Shown here: piece by piece, positions 48,994 through 58,878 of the stretch
How the letters are laid out: every line of letters starts with the position of its first letter
Numbering within the stretch: position 1 is the first letter of the stretch
Assembly: GCA_965222115.1 (NCBI GenBank)
Contig: CBDCTJ010000007.1
Location: 1,984,001-2,048,000 of the forward strand
Length of the DNA stretch: 64,000 nt
Origin: Planctomycetota bacterium
GTDB taxonomy: Bacteria; Planctomycetota; PLA2; JAEUHO01
Direction of reading: 5' to 3'
The notes under the pieces: model-generated
What the model was told of the DNA's origin: nothing
Seen by the model: the letters and a program-made list of their open reading frames with translations, nothing else
Databases searched by the model: none
Made by a program: the position numbers and the translations under genes

Positions 48994-49800
48994 ATGAACC
49001 GTTCGTTCTCTTTCGTCCGCACGAGCGCGATCCTCGCCGCCGTCCTACTTCTACTCGCTTCTGCGTGTGGAAGCCAAACTCGCGATCCATTCGCCAACGA
49101 GCTGGGCTGGGACTTGCGCGCTTTGCCGAGCTATGGCACTGTGCAGCGGGAGATCAAGACGCCCGGGGATGGCCTCATTCTGGTAACGCAAGATGGCGAA
49201 GGTGAGCCTGCCGGTCCATCCACACCACTCACTTTGCATTATCAGATCTATACCGCCGACGGCGTGCGGCGTGACCGTGGTGTGTTTGAGGGGCTCACGA
49301 CGGCGAGCAAGCGTGAGGGAGAGGGATTTCGTCAGGGATTGGCAGGTATCAAACGTTGGGAGCGAAGGCGTATTCTTGTTCCTGCGGCATTGGCGCGAAA
49401 ATCCTCGAAATCGCGTCGCTACGTGCCCTCAGACCAAGATCTTGTATACGACATCCAATGGGCGGTGCTTCGCATCGAAGACCAAACAGTTGGAACCGGC
49501 GAGATCCTCAACGAAGGAGACGTGTTCGAGGCCGACTACCGACTCACGCTGGACACCGGTGAAGAAATGGCCAATAGTTTCAAGGATGGCCAGCGAATTG
49601 AGAATAGCCCGCTCAAAGCCCCCGGACTCATTGAGGGTTTCGTTGAGGGGGCAAAGGGCATGCGCGTGGGCGGGCGCAGGACGTTTTGGGTGCCGTGGCA
49701 TATTGGCTATGGGGCAAAGGTAAGCCGCAAGATTCCCGCCTACTCCAACCTCACCTTTGAATTGGCGCTCCACGCCGTGAAGAAGCCCAAGGCCAAGTAG
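48994..49800 (+). CDS. Lipoprotein, double-domain FKBP-type peptidyl-prolyl isomerase
   Basis: Lipobox LASAC; GLIEGFVEGAKGMRVGGRRTFWVPWHIGYG...IPAYSNLTFEL; a degenerate first FKBP domain. Confidence 0.88.
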   Translation: MNRSFSFVRTSAILAAVLLLLASACGSQTRDPFANELGWDLRALPSYGTVQREIKTPGDGLILVTQDGEGEPAGPSTPLTLHYQIYTADGVRRDRGVFEGLTTASKREGEGFRQGLAGIKRWERRRILVPAALARKSSKSRRYVPSDQDLVYDIQWAVLRIEDQTVGTGEILNEGDVFEADYRLTLDTGEEMANSFKDGQRIENSPLKAPGLIEGFVEGAKGMRVGGRRTFWVPWHIGYGAKVSRKIPAYSNLTFELALHAVKKPKAK

Positions 49801-50020
49801 CAACGATTGAAGAAATCGCTAGCGCGTGAACCAGACCGCAGCGGGCACGAGAATGCAGTTGAGTGCGAGTAGGATGAAGCGCAGTCGTGCGATACTCATG
49901 TGTCCCCATTTTCGTCCGCTTGGCGTCTGGACCTGCGGAGAAATTTACGTCAGACCGATTTGGGCGGGTCGGTCGATCCTCGTACCGTGATTTGACGCGC
50001 GACTCGCTGGGTGGCCGCCA

Positions 50021-51538
50021 GTGAAACGGAGCAAGCGAGCACCCGAAGTCCGTGCGGTGCTTGGCGTGGATCTCGGTACGACGTCGGTCAAAGTAGTCGC
50101 GTGTGCCCTCGACGGCAATCCGCTCAGTTCGACAGGGGCAACCATACCGCTGATAGCGCAAACACCGCTTCAAGCGGAACAAGATCCCGCGGCGTGGTGG
50201 GACGCGACACGTCGCGCCATGGCCTCCTGTGTTTCGGAGTTGCGAAGCGTCTCACCGAATGCAAGTGTTGAAGCGATTGGGCTCACCGGGCAAAAGCACG
50301 CACTGTTACCGCTCGATATTGCGGGCGTTCCACTCTCCAATGCGTTCTTGTGGGCGGATGGTCGCGCGGTCGAAGAAGCGATTGAAGTGCGCAATGTGTA
50401 TCCGGCGATTCGACGCCGTTCTGGTTCACACGCACTTCCTGGATACATCATTCCCAAGTGGCTCCGTTGGATGCGCGCACATCCAGTCGTGGCAAGTGAG
50501 ACCGCCCATCTTTGTTTCGCAAAGGATTGGATTCGCTACAAGTTGTCAGGGAGCTTCGCCACCGATCGCACGGAGGCATCGGCAAGTCAGATTTATGACT
50601 TCCGATCCAACAGTTGGGCCACGCCGCTTGTGACGGTGTTTGAAGTACCGCCCGATGCCTTACCACCCGTGCTGCCATCATCGGGGCGCGCGGGTGTCCT
50701 GTCAGAAGATGCTGCCGACGCCCTTGGCTTAGAAGCCGGCATACCCATTGCGGCGGGCGCGGGAGACAACGAGGCGGCGGCACTTGCAGCGGGCGCAATC
50801 GACGACGGAAACGTCGCGGTTATTCTCGGCACGTCAGGAACGGTGATTGGTTGGGGCAAACGCCGCGCGCCCGCGGGTGGTTTGGTGTGGTGTCGCCACG
50901 TAATTCCACAGGGCTATGCGGCTACGGGCACCGTACTCAGTGCCGGACGGGCATTAAACTGGGCGCGTCATACGTTTTTCCCCGAAGGCACGCGCATGGT
51001 GATGGCGCTCCAAGAGGCGGAACGCTCCCTCCCTCGCGGCGCGGCGCCCATCTGCCTCTCGTCGTTGGTTGGCGAGCGCAGCCCAACGCCCGATCCGCTT
51101 GCGTCCGGGTGCTTCTTCGGCCTGCGACCAGGTCACACACGTGGCCATCTAATTCGTTCCGTGCTCGAAGGTGTCGCGGTTCAAATCGGCGACATCGTTC
51201 GTCTACTGCGTGGTGTCGGCGTGGACGTAAGCGAGTTGCGATTGACCTCCGGTGGCGCGGCTTCACCACTCTGGCGTCGATTTATCGCGGCGGCCGCGGA
51301 TGTGCCGGTCCGGATGTTTCCCCAGGCCCGCAGCGGCCCGGCGCGTGGTGCGGCGTGCATCGCCGCAGCGATGGTGGAGGGCGCGCGCGATCTACGATCG
51401 TGGTCAACGCAGTGGGTCAATCCCGAGGCTCTCGAGGAGCCGATTCCAGCCGAAGTGTCGCGCTTCCAGGAGATTGGCGCAATTCAACGCAGCGTGCGCA
51501 TGGCACTGCGCGGCGTGCCTTCCGCCCCTCGCGAGTAA
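50021..51538 (+). CDS. xylB: FGGY-family sugar kinase, xylulokinase-like
   Basis: GVDLGTTSVK, EQDPAAWW, GLTGQ.H, W.DGR, KDWIR, GAGDN, GTSG, GERSP, SVLEGVA, GGAAS..W. Confidence 0.8.
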   Translation: MKRSKRAPEVRAVLGVDLGTTSVKVVACALDGNPLSSTGATIPLIAQTPLQAEQDPAAWWDATRRAMASCVSELRSVSPNASVEAIGLTGQKHALLPLDIAGVPLSNAFLWADGRAVEEAIEVRNVYPAIRRRSGSHALPGYIIPKWLRWMRAHPVVASETAHLCFAKDWIRYKLSGSFATDRTEASASQIYDFRSNSWATPLVTVFEVPPDALPPVLPSSGRAGVLSEDAADALGLEAGIPIAAGAGDNEAAALAAGAIDDGNVAVILGTSGTVIGWGKRRAPAGGLVWCRHVIPQGYAATGTVLSAGRALNWARHTFFPEGTRMVMALQEAERSLPRGAAPICLSSLVGERSPTPDPLASGCFFGLRPGHTRGHLIRSVLEGVAVQIGDIVRLLRGVGVDVSELRLTSGGAASPLWRRFIAAAADVPVRMFPQARSGPARGAACIAAAMVEGARDLRSWSTQWVNPEALEEPIPAEVSRFQEIGAIQRSVRMALRGVPSAPRE

Positions 51539-51705
51539 GCCCTGCATCGCGAGCGATCCGACCACTTGTAGTTCTGTCGATGGCGGCTCGGGGGCTTACA
51601 ATCCCGCCCGTTCGCCGCGGGCCGGCTCGCACCAACGCGAATGAAATGGGCGTCGTTGTTGCCCGTTTCCCCACGGTGCTGGGCCACGTACGAGATCTTC
51701 GAACC

Positions 51706-53550
51706 GTGACGCAACAACCACCTGCGCCCAAGTCGCAGCCCAAGCAAACCGCCACAGCAGAACCCGTCGTCAATCGACTTTCGATTCAAATGGCCACAGT
51801 CAATGGATCGGGGAGCCAGACGGCCAATCTGACGCTCTTGCGTTCATTATTCCAAATGGGCATTCCTGTATCGGGGAAGAACTTGTTCCCGAGCAACATT
51901 CAGGGACTACCAACGTGGTTCACGATTCGCGCCAACGCGGATGGCTATACCGCACGACGCAAGGAGATCGACGTCCTTGTGTGCATGAACCCCTCCACCG
52001 TGAAGGAAGACATTTTGGGCGTGCCACCGGGCGCCGCCATCGTTCATGAGCAGTCGCTCAAAGTGGATGGCATACGCGACGATGTCGATTTTTATCCGGT
52101 GCCGTTTGCTAAGATGGTGAAGGAGGTGTGCCCGGCCGTAAAGCTCCGCAAGCTCGTGGTCAACATGATCTACGTCGGTGTGTTGGCCGATCTTATTGGC
52201 ATCGAGATGACCGAAGTGGAGCGCGCGCTTGAGAAAGCGTTTGCGAAGAAGCCCAAAGCACTTGGCGTCAATGTCGATGCTGTACGTGCAGGCAAGGCGT
52301 GGGCAGAAGAGCATATCGAGCGTCGCCCGCGCTTTCGCGTGGAACGCATGGATAAGACCAAGGGGCTGATCCTGGTCGAAGGCAATGCCGCTACTGCAAT
52401 CGGCGCACTCTTTGGTGGCGTCATGTTTGCCGCGTGGTATCCGATTACGCCGTCCAGTAGCGTTACCGAATCATTGATTTCCTACGCAGCAACGCATCGA
52501 GTCGATGAGAAAACGGGCAAGAGCAAGATCGCCATTGTGCAGGCCGAGGACGAACTCGCGGCGATTGGCATGGTGTGTGGTGCGGGATGGGCGGGCGCGC
52601 GCGCCATGACCAGCACTAGCGGACCCGGCGTGAGTTTGATGTCGGAGTTCATCGGCCTTTGCTACTACGCCGAGATCCCATCGGTGATTGTGAATGTGCA
52701 GCGTACGGGGCCCAGCACCGGATTGCCCACGCGCACCATGCAGGGTGACATCTTTTTCTGTGCCTATAACTCCCATGGCGACACCAAACATCCTTGCCTC
52801 TATCCCGCCGATGCCACGGAGGCCTACCAGTTTGCGGCGGAAGCCTTGGACTTGGCCGAGCGCGTGCAGAGTCTCATATTTGTAGTTTCCGATCTCGACT
52901 TGGGCATGAACCTGTGGATGTCGGAACCCTTCGAGTACGCCGAGAAACCCTTGGACCGTGGCAAGGTACTCGATGAAGAAGATCTGAAGAAGGTCGAAGA
53001 CTGGGGTCGCTACAAAGACGTTGACGGCGATGGCATTCCCTACCGAACGCTTCCGGGAACGCCCGGTGGTCTTGGTGCCTACTTCACGCGGGGTTCGGGC
53101 CACGATGAATACGCCAACTACACGGAGAGTGGCGAAGTCTACGTTCGAAATCTCGACCGCTTGACGCGCAAGATGGAGACCGCGGCACGATTGGTACCTC
53201 AACCCGTGATTGATGATTGCGGTTCCTCGGTTGGGTTGATTGCATTTGGCACTAGCCATGCGGCCGTGGAAGAGTCGCGCGATCAGCTTCGTCAGGAATC
53301 GGGCATTGAAGTCAACTACCTGCGACTGCGCGCGTTCCCCTTTGCCGAGTCGATCAAGGACTGGATCTTGAAACACGACCATGTGTACGTCGTGGAACAG
53401 AATCGCGACGCACAGATGGCCAAGATGCTCACAATCGAATTCCCCGAGGTTGCGGCCAAACTTCGATCGATCCTCCACTACGACGGCATGCCACTTGATG
53501 CCCGCAGCGTGACCGATGCCGTGCTTGCCGGCGAGAAGGGTGGTGCGTAA
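51706..53550 (+). CDS. korA: 2-oxoacid:ferredoxin oxidoreductase, alpha subunit (gamma-alpha fusion)
   Basis: TVNGSGSQ, KNLFPSNIQGLPTW, WYPITPSS, QAEDELAA, TSGPG, QRTGPSTGLPTRT.Q. GTG start at ~51706 rather than the track's 50851. Confidence 0.92.
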   Translation: MTQQPPAPKSQPKQTATAEPVVNRLSIQMATVNGSGSQTANLTLLRSLFQMGIPVSGKNLFPSNIQGLPTWFTIRANADGYTARRKEIDVLVCMNPSTVKEDILGVPPGAAIVHEQSLKVDGIRDDVDFYPVPFAKMVKEVCPAVKLRKLVVNMIYVGVLADLIGIEMTEVERALEKAFAKKPKALGVNVDAVRAGKAWAEEHIERRPRFRVERMDKTKGLILVEGNAATAIGALFGGVMFAAWYPITPSSSVTESLISYAATHRVDEKTGKSKIAIVQAEDELAAIGMVCGAGWAGARAMTSTSGPGVSLMSEFIGLCYYAEIPSVIVNVQRTGPSTGLPTRTMQGDIFFCAYNSHGDTKHPCLYPADATEAYQFAAEALDLAERVQSLIFVVSDLDLGMNLWMSEPFEYAEKPLDRGKVLDEEDLKKVEDWGRYKDVDGDGIPYRTLPGTPGGLGAYFTRGSGHDEYANYTESGEVYVRNLDRLTRKMETAARLVPQPVIDDCGSSVGLIAFGTSHAAVEESRDQLRQESGIEVNYLRLRAFPFAESIKDWILKHDHVYVVEQNRDAQMAKMLTIEFPEVAAKLRSILHYDGMPLDARSVTDAVLAGEKGGA

Positions 53551-54575
53551 TGGCCAAGACGAATCGACTCGGACTTGAACAAAAGGTCTACAAGGGTTCA
53601 CCCTCGACGCTCTGCAAGGGCTGCGGCCACGATGTGGTCACCAACACCATTGTGGCGGCGTTCTGGGAAATGGGCGTTGAGCCCCACATGGTGTCGAAAA
53701 TGTCGGGCATTGGCTGCTCGTCAAAGACGCCCACGTACTTCTTGAATGGTGCATGGGGATTCAATTCGGTCCACGGGCGCATGCCGTCGGTGGCCACCGG
53801 CGCGGCGCTTGCCAATCGCAAGTTGATCTCCATTGGAATCAGCGGCGACGGTGATACGGCGTCTATCGGCATTGGGCAGTTCATCCACATGATCCGCCGC
53901 AATGTGCCGCTCATGTACATCGTCGAGAACAACGGCGTATACGGCTTGACCAAGGGGCAGTTCTCGGCCACGGCGGACGAGGGCAGCAAGTCGAAGGGTG
54001 GGGCGGTCAACGAGCTCCCGGCGATTGATCTGTGTACGATGGCGATTGAACTTGGATGTGGCTTCGTGGCGCGCTCCTTCTCGGCCGACCGCAAGCAACT
54101 CCTGCAAATTTTGAAGGCCGCAATCGCCTACGAAGGCACCGCGATGATCGACGTGATGAGTCCGTGTGTGACGTTCAATGACCACGCGGGATCAACCAAG
54201 TCTTATGACTGGGGCCGCGAGCACGAGGGCCCGGTCCATGAGCTTGGCTTCGTTCCCGCGTGGGAAACGCCGTCGACCGAGTTCAAAGACGGCGAGTCGA
54301 TCGAAGTGCCCATGCCCGACGGCGGATCGATTTTCGTGCGCCGTTTGGAAGACGATCGCCATGACCCGCGTGACAAAAAGGCCGCCCTCGACCTGTTGCG
54401 CCGCGACTATGAAAACGAGGACGAGTTCCTCACCGGGCTCTTCTATGCCGCGCCCGAGAAGCCATCCATCTTCTCCGCGCTCAACATTCCCGATGAACCG
54501 CTCTGCCACATGGACGCCAGCGACCTGCGCCCACCCAAGTCCGCCCTCGACGCCATCAACGACAGCCTTCGCTAG
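53550..54575 (+). CDS. korB: 2-oxoacid:ferredoxin oxidoreductase, beta subunit
   Basis: CKGCGHD, SGIGCSSK, HGR, GDGD, NNGVYGLTKGQFS, SPCVTFN; TAATG overlap with the alpha gene. Confidence 0.93.
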   Translation: MAKTNRLGLEQKVYKGSPSTLCKGCGHDVVTNTIVAAFWEMGVEPHMVSKMSGIGCSSKTPTYFLNGAWGFNSVHGRMPSVATGAALANRKLISIGISGDGDTASIGIGQFIHMIRRNVPLMYIVENNGVYGLTKGQFSATADEGSKSKGGAVNELPAIDLCTMAIELGCGFVARSFSADRKQLLQILKAAIAYEGTAMIDVMSPCVTFNDHAGSTKSYDWGREHEGPVHELGFVPAWETPSTEFKDGESIEVPMPDGGSIFVRRLEDDRHDPRDKKAALDLLRRDYENEDEFLTGLFYAAPEKPSIFSALNIPDEPLCHMDASDLRPPKSALDAINDSLR

Positions 54576-54577
54576 TC

Positions 54578-54610
54578 GTGCGCCGAAACTACCAGGTATC
54601 TCTGGCGCAC
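54578..54610. repeat. 33-bp imperfect palindrome, copy 1
   Basis: gtgcgcc-gaaac-taccaggta-tctct-ggcgcac. Confidence 0.85.
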
Positions 54611-54634
54611 GCGCCTTGTCGGATGTGAGAGGCG

Positions 54635-55405
54635 TTGCGCATGGATATGTGGCGCTACTACGAGATTACGCACGGGCGTCATGACGTCATGAATCCATCG
54701 TCGCCTGAGCGACTTGATGAGATGGGCCGCATGCTTCGACTGCAGCCTGGGCAGCGCATGGTGGATGTGGGATGCGGGCACGGCGAGCTGCTACTGCGGT
54801 GGCATAGGAACCACGGTATTTCTGGCATAGGAATCGATGCTTCCCCGTATCACGCAAAACGCGCAACGGAGCGGGTCGAGAAAGCGGGAGCGACAGACGC
54901 GATCCAGATCCTTCATCAGAAGGGCGAAGCGTTTGAATCCGACGAGACGTTTGACATCGCCGCATGCCTAGGGGCGTCGTGGATATATGGGGGGCATGGA
55001 GGAACACTCGACGCGCTGCGTCGTACCTGCAAACCAGGCGGGTTGATTGTTGTGGGGGAGCCGTACTGGATCGAAGAACCGCCGCAGGCCTATCTGGATG
55101 CTGAGGACTTAACGCGTGACCAGTTCACTGACTTGGTGGGATGTTATGACGCCGCAACGAAGCGTGGTCTTGAGCTCGTGTGGATGACACGCTCCAGTTC
55201 ACGGGACTGGGATCGATACGAGATGTTGCAATGCGCAGCGCTCGACGAGTACGCCGCCACACACCCCGACGACCCTGATCTCGACGACCCTGATCTCGAC
55301 GAAATTCGGCGCACGCGACACAAGTACAACGAGAGTTACTTTCGTTGGGGCCACGCGTGCCTCGGCTGGGCACTCTGGGCATTCCGCACACCTACGAGCG
55401 TGTGA
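54635..55405 (+). CDS. Class I SAM-dependent methyltransferase
   Basis: VDVGCGHG, GID.S, FDIAACLGASWI.GG, KPGG.IVVGEPYW. Confidence 0.9.
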   Translation: MRMDMWRYYEITHGRHDVMNPSSPERLDEMGRMLRLQPGQRMVDVGCGHGELLLRWHRNHGISGIGIDASPYHAKRATERVEKAGATDAIQILHQKGEAFESDETFDIAACLGASWIYGGHGGTLDALRRTCKPGGLIVVGEPYWIEEPPQAYLDAEDLTRDQFTDLVGCYDAATKRGLELVWMTRSSSRDWDRYEMLQCAALDEYAATHPDDPDLDDPDLDEIRRTRHKYNESYFRWGHACLGWALWAFRTPTSV

Positions 55406-55476
55406 GCCAAAAATACCAGGTAAATCTGGCGCATAGGGACGCGGTGCGCCACAAATACCAGGTATTTTTGGCGCGT
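55402..55476. repeat. 33-bp imperfect palindromes, copies 2 and 3
   Basis: gtgagcc-aaaaa-taccaggta-aatct-ggcgcat (55402-55434) and gtgcgcc-acaaa-taccaggta-ttttt-ggcgcgt (55444-55476). Confidence 0.85.
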
Positions 55477-55477
55477 C

Positions 55478-56242
55478 TTAGGGGGCGAAGTCGGTGGGCG
55501 GGGCGGTGCGGCCTGCGCGGGCGGCGCGGCGGAGGAGCCAGATGAGGAGTATGCCGAGGACGAGGATGCCGGCGGCTTTGAAGTACCACGGGGTGGTCTC
55601 GAGCGCCTTGCCGACCCAGTCGCCAAACATGGCGTAAAGCGTGCACACGATGACGCCGGAGATGGCCACGATCAAGAAGGTCGAGAAGCGGCGCATGCCA
55701 AGCAAGTGACCAATGATACTGCCACCCAACGCTCCCGATCCTGGCAGGGGGCTCACGACAAAGAAGCCCACGCCTAACGCGGAGAGCCTGCGGATCCATG
55801 GACGTTGGCGAAGCGTGGATGCGGCTTGGGCGCGTACGTTTCGCAGCCACGGGCCGACGCCAGGTAGCCGTTGCGCGAGGTCGAGGTTGTAGGTGTACCA
55901 AAACGCACTCGCCGCATTGACCCACATCACCGTGTAGGCAAGGTCCCAGGTGCCCAAGTGAATCGAATCAATCCACTCCGCAGGAATGAACGGCAATTGC
56001 TGCATGACGACTTTGCCGAGCACCACGCTGGTGCCGAGGAACAGCAGGCTAGCCAGCCCAGCAATCATGATTTGCGACGTGTAGTCCCAGCCGCGCAGCA
56101 GATAGATCACCAGCAGAACCATCGCAGTGAGCACAATGGGCGCAAGCAGCAGCACCAACCGCCGCACAAGCCGACGATTCCATTCCATGAGGCGCTCAAA
56201 CCAGGAAGCCCGGTCCGCGTGCGCGTGTTGAGCCCCGGTCAT
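55478..56242 (-). CDS. Putative small multidrug-export family membrane protein
   Basis: Multiple TM helices; GVGFFVVSPLPGSGALGGSIIGHLLG motif. Confidence 0.7.
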   Translation of the reverse strand: MTGAQHAHADRASWFERLMEWNRRLVRRLVLLLAPIVLTAMVLLVIYLLRGWDYTSQIMIAGLASLLFLGTSVVLGKVVMQQLPFIPAEWIDSIHLGTWDLAYTVMWVNAASAFWYTYNLDLAQRLPGVGPWLRNVRAQAASTLRQRPWIRRLSALGVGFFVVSPLPGSGALGGSIIGHLLGMRRFSTFLIVAISGVIVCTLYAMFGDWVGKALETTPWYFKAAGILVLGILLIWLLRRAARAGRTAPPTDFAP

Positions 56243-56326
56243 TGTTGCTGGCCGCCTCCTTGGATGTCTGCGGTGGTTCCTTGAGCGCGCGATTGTACGT
56301 GGTTGGGCGCCCCGGGAAGAACACGA

Positions 56327-58876
56327 TTACCGGTTGATGCGTACAATCTCCGAGACGGATCCGTCGCTGTAGGTGAGCCGGACGGTCGCATACGTCGTAG
56401 CCGCCGGGACCGTGAGATAGAGCGTGGCCTTGGTGGGGTCGATCGCCATGGGATTCTTGGGATCGACGGGGGGAATAGGGAAGTCCTGGCTCGGGTCCCC
56501 GTTGAGGCCGTACTCGATGCGTTTGAGCGACGCGCGATAGCTCATCAGCATCGAAAAATAGAGCAACACCCTGCCATCATAGTCTCGAAACATAAGCCAT
56601 GAGTTCTTCATGGATTCGAGAATGTTCTTTTGATTTTTGAGCTGGTGTGCCTGTGGATTGAAACGGATCGCAAAAGGCCCTCGCTCACGATCGCGCGCAT
56701 CGACATACTTGACGTACAGCGTAGTGGCTTTCGTGTCCATAGGTAGCGAGATGAGTAGGTTGGGCTGCGGTTTTCCGGTGCGCGCGTCAGGCGTATTCGA
56801 AAGGCCCGTTACCTTGTATGGGCCGTCTTTCGTGCCCTGGCGCCAGGACATCGTCTTGGCCAACTCTGAGATAACAAAGTACACCGACCACCCCGCGTTA
56901 CTCTGGGTCGTGGTGATCGAAACCGGGGATTCGAACAACGTGGCAGGTATTGCGCGCAACGTCGCGAGGCGAACCTGTGCATCTTGTATGTGTTTCGCTG
57001 CCTCGCTCTGATCCAAGTAGTGTTTCAGGAAGGCGCCTTCATCGCGAAGTTTGAAGAAGTTTTCCAGGTACTCCTTTTCTTTGCCCTTTTCCCACAGCGT
57101 CTGCGAGCCGAGGCGCGCCGCCGAATATTCCCTACTGAGTTCGTATTGTGCAGGTGCAAATGTGGGGTGCTTGGCCGCGTAGTCTTCGAGTGCCTTCGTC
57201 CTTCCTTCCGCAGGCAACAAAAGCATCCACGCAAACTCGGTAACCGGGTTCTTCGATACGTCTTTCATGGCGGAATACACTTCGCGCGCTCCCGCCGGTC
57301 CCTGCTGCACTTTCAGTAAGCTCTGATACTTCAAGTGCGGGTCCACGAATCCGAGGTCCGGAAACGTAAAAAACTTGCGATACGACTCCATGGCTTTCAC
57401 CGTGTCACCTCGACTCTGATACACACGCGCGTTGTGATAGTGAGCCGACGGTCGGTTAGCGTCCGCAATGACGCCGCCTTCTTTGAGCAGTGCCGCAAAG
57501 CCGGTTTTTAGTTCGTCGAGCGATTCCGCCACGCGCTCGCTGGTCTTGGCGGCCGATTCGGCGGCAGTCTTCGCAGCATCCGCAGCCGCCTTGGTCTCAT
57601 CGCTCGCCGCTTTCATCGTTTCTGCAGCATCGGCAACGCCTTTGCGAGTTTCCTCGGCCGCCTTCTCCACACGATCGGCGGTTTCTCTGCTGGTGGTGGC
57701 GGCGTCGGCTGCGGCCTTGCGTGCTTCCTCGGCCTTGTCTCGTGTCTCATTCGTGGCGACTTCCGTACGCTCACTCGCTTTGCGCGCATCCTCGGCACTC
57801 TTCTTCGTTTCGTCGCCCTTGATAAATAGGAAGTACGACACGCCCAGCAACGCCAAGATGCCCGCTGCAATGCCCCACAGCTTTGCGTCCATGCCTTTGG
57901 TTCGCGCTGCGACAGTCTTTGTGTCTTCAGCGATGCCGTCGAGTCGTCCTTCAACCGACGAGCGAAACGCGGCGATGTCATCGCGCACTTCTTGCACATC
58001 CTCGCGCAAGTTCCCGATGTATTCCTCCAAGATATCGTCGCTTACATCGAGGTAGGTGGAGGGATCCACCTTCACGTCGCCTTGATCATGAGCCGTCTGA
58101 ACCGGGCCGACGATTTCCTCGTAGTAGAGATCCATCAGTGACAGTTGGGTGGGCGTAACCTGCTTGTTGTGCGCCATGGTATTTCGAATGCGTCGCACGT
58201 CGTCCAAGAAGTAGCGAATCGTCTTTCTTCGTTCTTTCAGAAGGGTCAAGAACGGCGTGTCTTCATAAATCGGTTCGTAGCGTTCAAACTCCTCTTTATT
58301 GACAAAAAGCGAAGCTAGATCACTAAACGAAAGTCCGCTCAAAATGTCATTTGGATCGGCCTGCTGGATACAACGCTCGGCAGCTTTGCTGCTCAGTGCC
58401 TCACGAAGTCGATCCGTGAGTTGGTCTTGGTCGTTGTAGCTATCGGTAATGAGCGAGCGCACAATGAGCTCGAGCGCGCGCACCTTCTTTTGGCCAAGAT
58501 TTTCCGAGATCAATGCATCAATCGACGCGTCCACAAATTGCTTGGAAGAAGCCCGTTCTGCAGTTTCCAGCCAAGACAACAGTCGAAATCGAGCCAGCCG
58601 TCGATTCCGTGCCGACGCCGCGGTCCCCTTGCCTTCGTGGGCCATTTCCGTGCGCTCGGCATCGCGCATCGCGGTCTCCAGGCCCTTCACTTCGTGCTCG
58701 TTCAAATTTAGCGCGTCCGCCGGTTTCGCGGTTCCGGATTCTCCCTTGGTGCGAAAGTAGCCACGTACCGCATCCGGAATACTCGACGCCACCACGGCCA
58801 TTTCTGGGGCGAGCGCAATCGTGAGTCGGTGAATGGCCTTGACGATGAGCGGCTCGATCGTTTCAGAGGAAGACAT
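56327..58876 (-). CDS. Transmembrane protein with N-terminal STY4199-like HEPN domain, coiled coil, TM, Ala-rich stalk, TPR-like region and C-terminal beta domain
   Basis: VRALELIVR...FSDLASLF...FLDDVRRI-RNTMAH (RxxxxH at 58169-58186); TM WGIAAGILALLGVSYFLFI; GGAG RBS before ATG 58876. Confidence 0.8.
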   Translation of the reverse strand: MSSSETIEPLIVKAIHRLTIALAPEMAVVASSIPDAVRGYFRTKGESGTAKPADALNLNEHEVKGLETAMRDAERTEMAHEGKGTAASARNRRLARFRLLSWLETAERASSKQFVDASIDALISENLGQKKVRALELIVRSLITDSYNDQDQLTDRLREALSSKAAERCIQQADPNDILSGLSFSDLASLFVNKEEFERYEPIYEDTPFLTLLKERRKTIRYFLDDVRRIRNTMAHNKQVTPTQLSLMDLYYEEIVGPVQTAHDQGDVKVDPSTYLDVSDDILEEYIGNLREDVQEVRDDIAAFRSSVEGRLDGIAEDTKTVAARTKGMDAKLWGIAAGILALLGVSYFLFIKGDETKKSAEDARKASERTEVATNETRDKAEEARKAAADAATTSRETADRVEKAAEETRKGVADAAETMKAASDETKAAADAAKTAAESAAKTSERVAESLDELKTGFAALLKEGGVIADANRPSAHYHNARVYQSRGDTVKAMESYRKFFTFPDLGFVDPHLKYQSLLKVQQGPAGAREVYSAMKDVSKNPVTEFAWMLLLPAEGRTKALEDYAAKHPTFAPAQYELSREYSAARLGSQTLWEKGKEKEYLENFFKLRDEGAFLKHYLDQSEAAKHIQDAQVRLATLRAIPATLFESPVSITTTQSNAGWSVYFVISELAKTMSWRQGTKDGPYKVTGLSNTPDARTGKPQPNLLISLPMDTKATTLYVKYVDARDRERGPFAIRFNPQAHQLKNQKNILESMKNSWLMFRDYDGRVLLYFSMLMSYRASLKRIEYGLNGDPSQDFPIPPVDPKNPMAIDPTKATLYLTVPAATTYATVRLTYSDGSVSEIVRINR

Positions 58877-58878
58877 CG

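Noticed and set aside
50851-51705. N-terminal extension of the 899-aa korA ORF
   Set aside because: It overlaps the FGGY kinase gene in another frame and is Arg-rich nonsense; homology starts near 51706.
52471-53601. Long antisense ORFs (also 60970-61791, 9267-10040, 43956-44741, 62813-63760, 12511-13356 and similar)
   Set aside because: Shadow or alternative-frame ORFs of well-supported genes in high-GC DNA, with no recognisable motifs.
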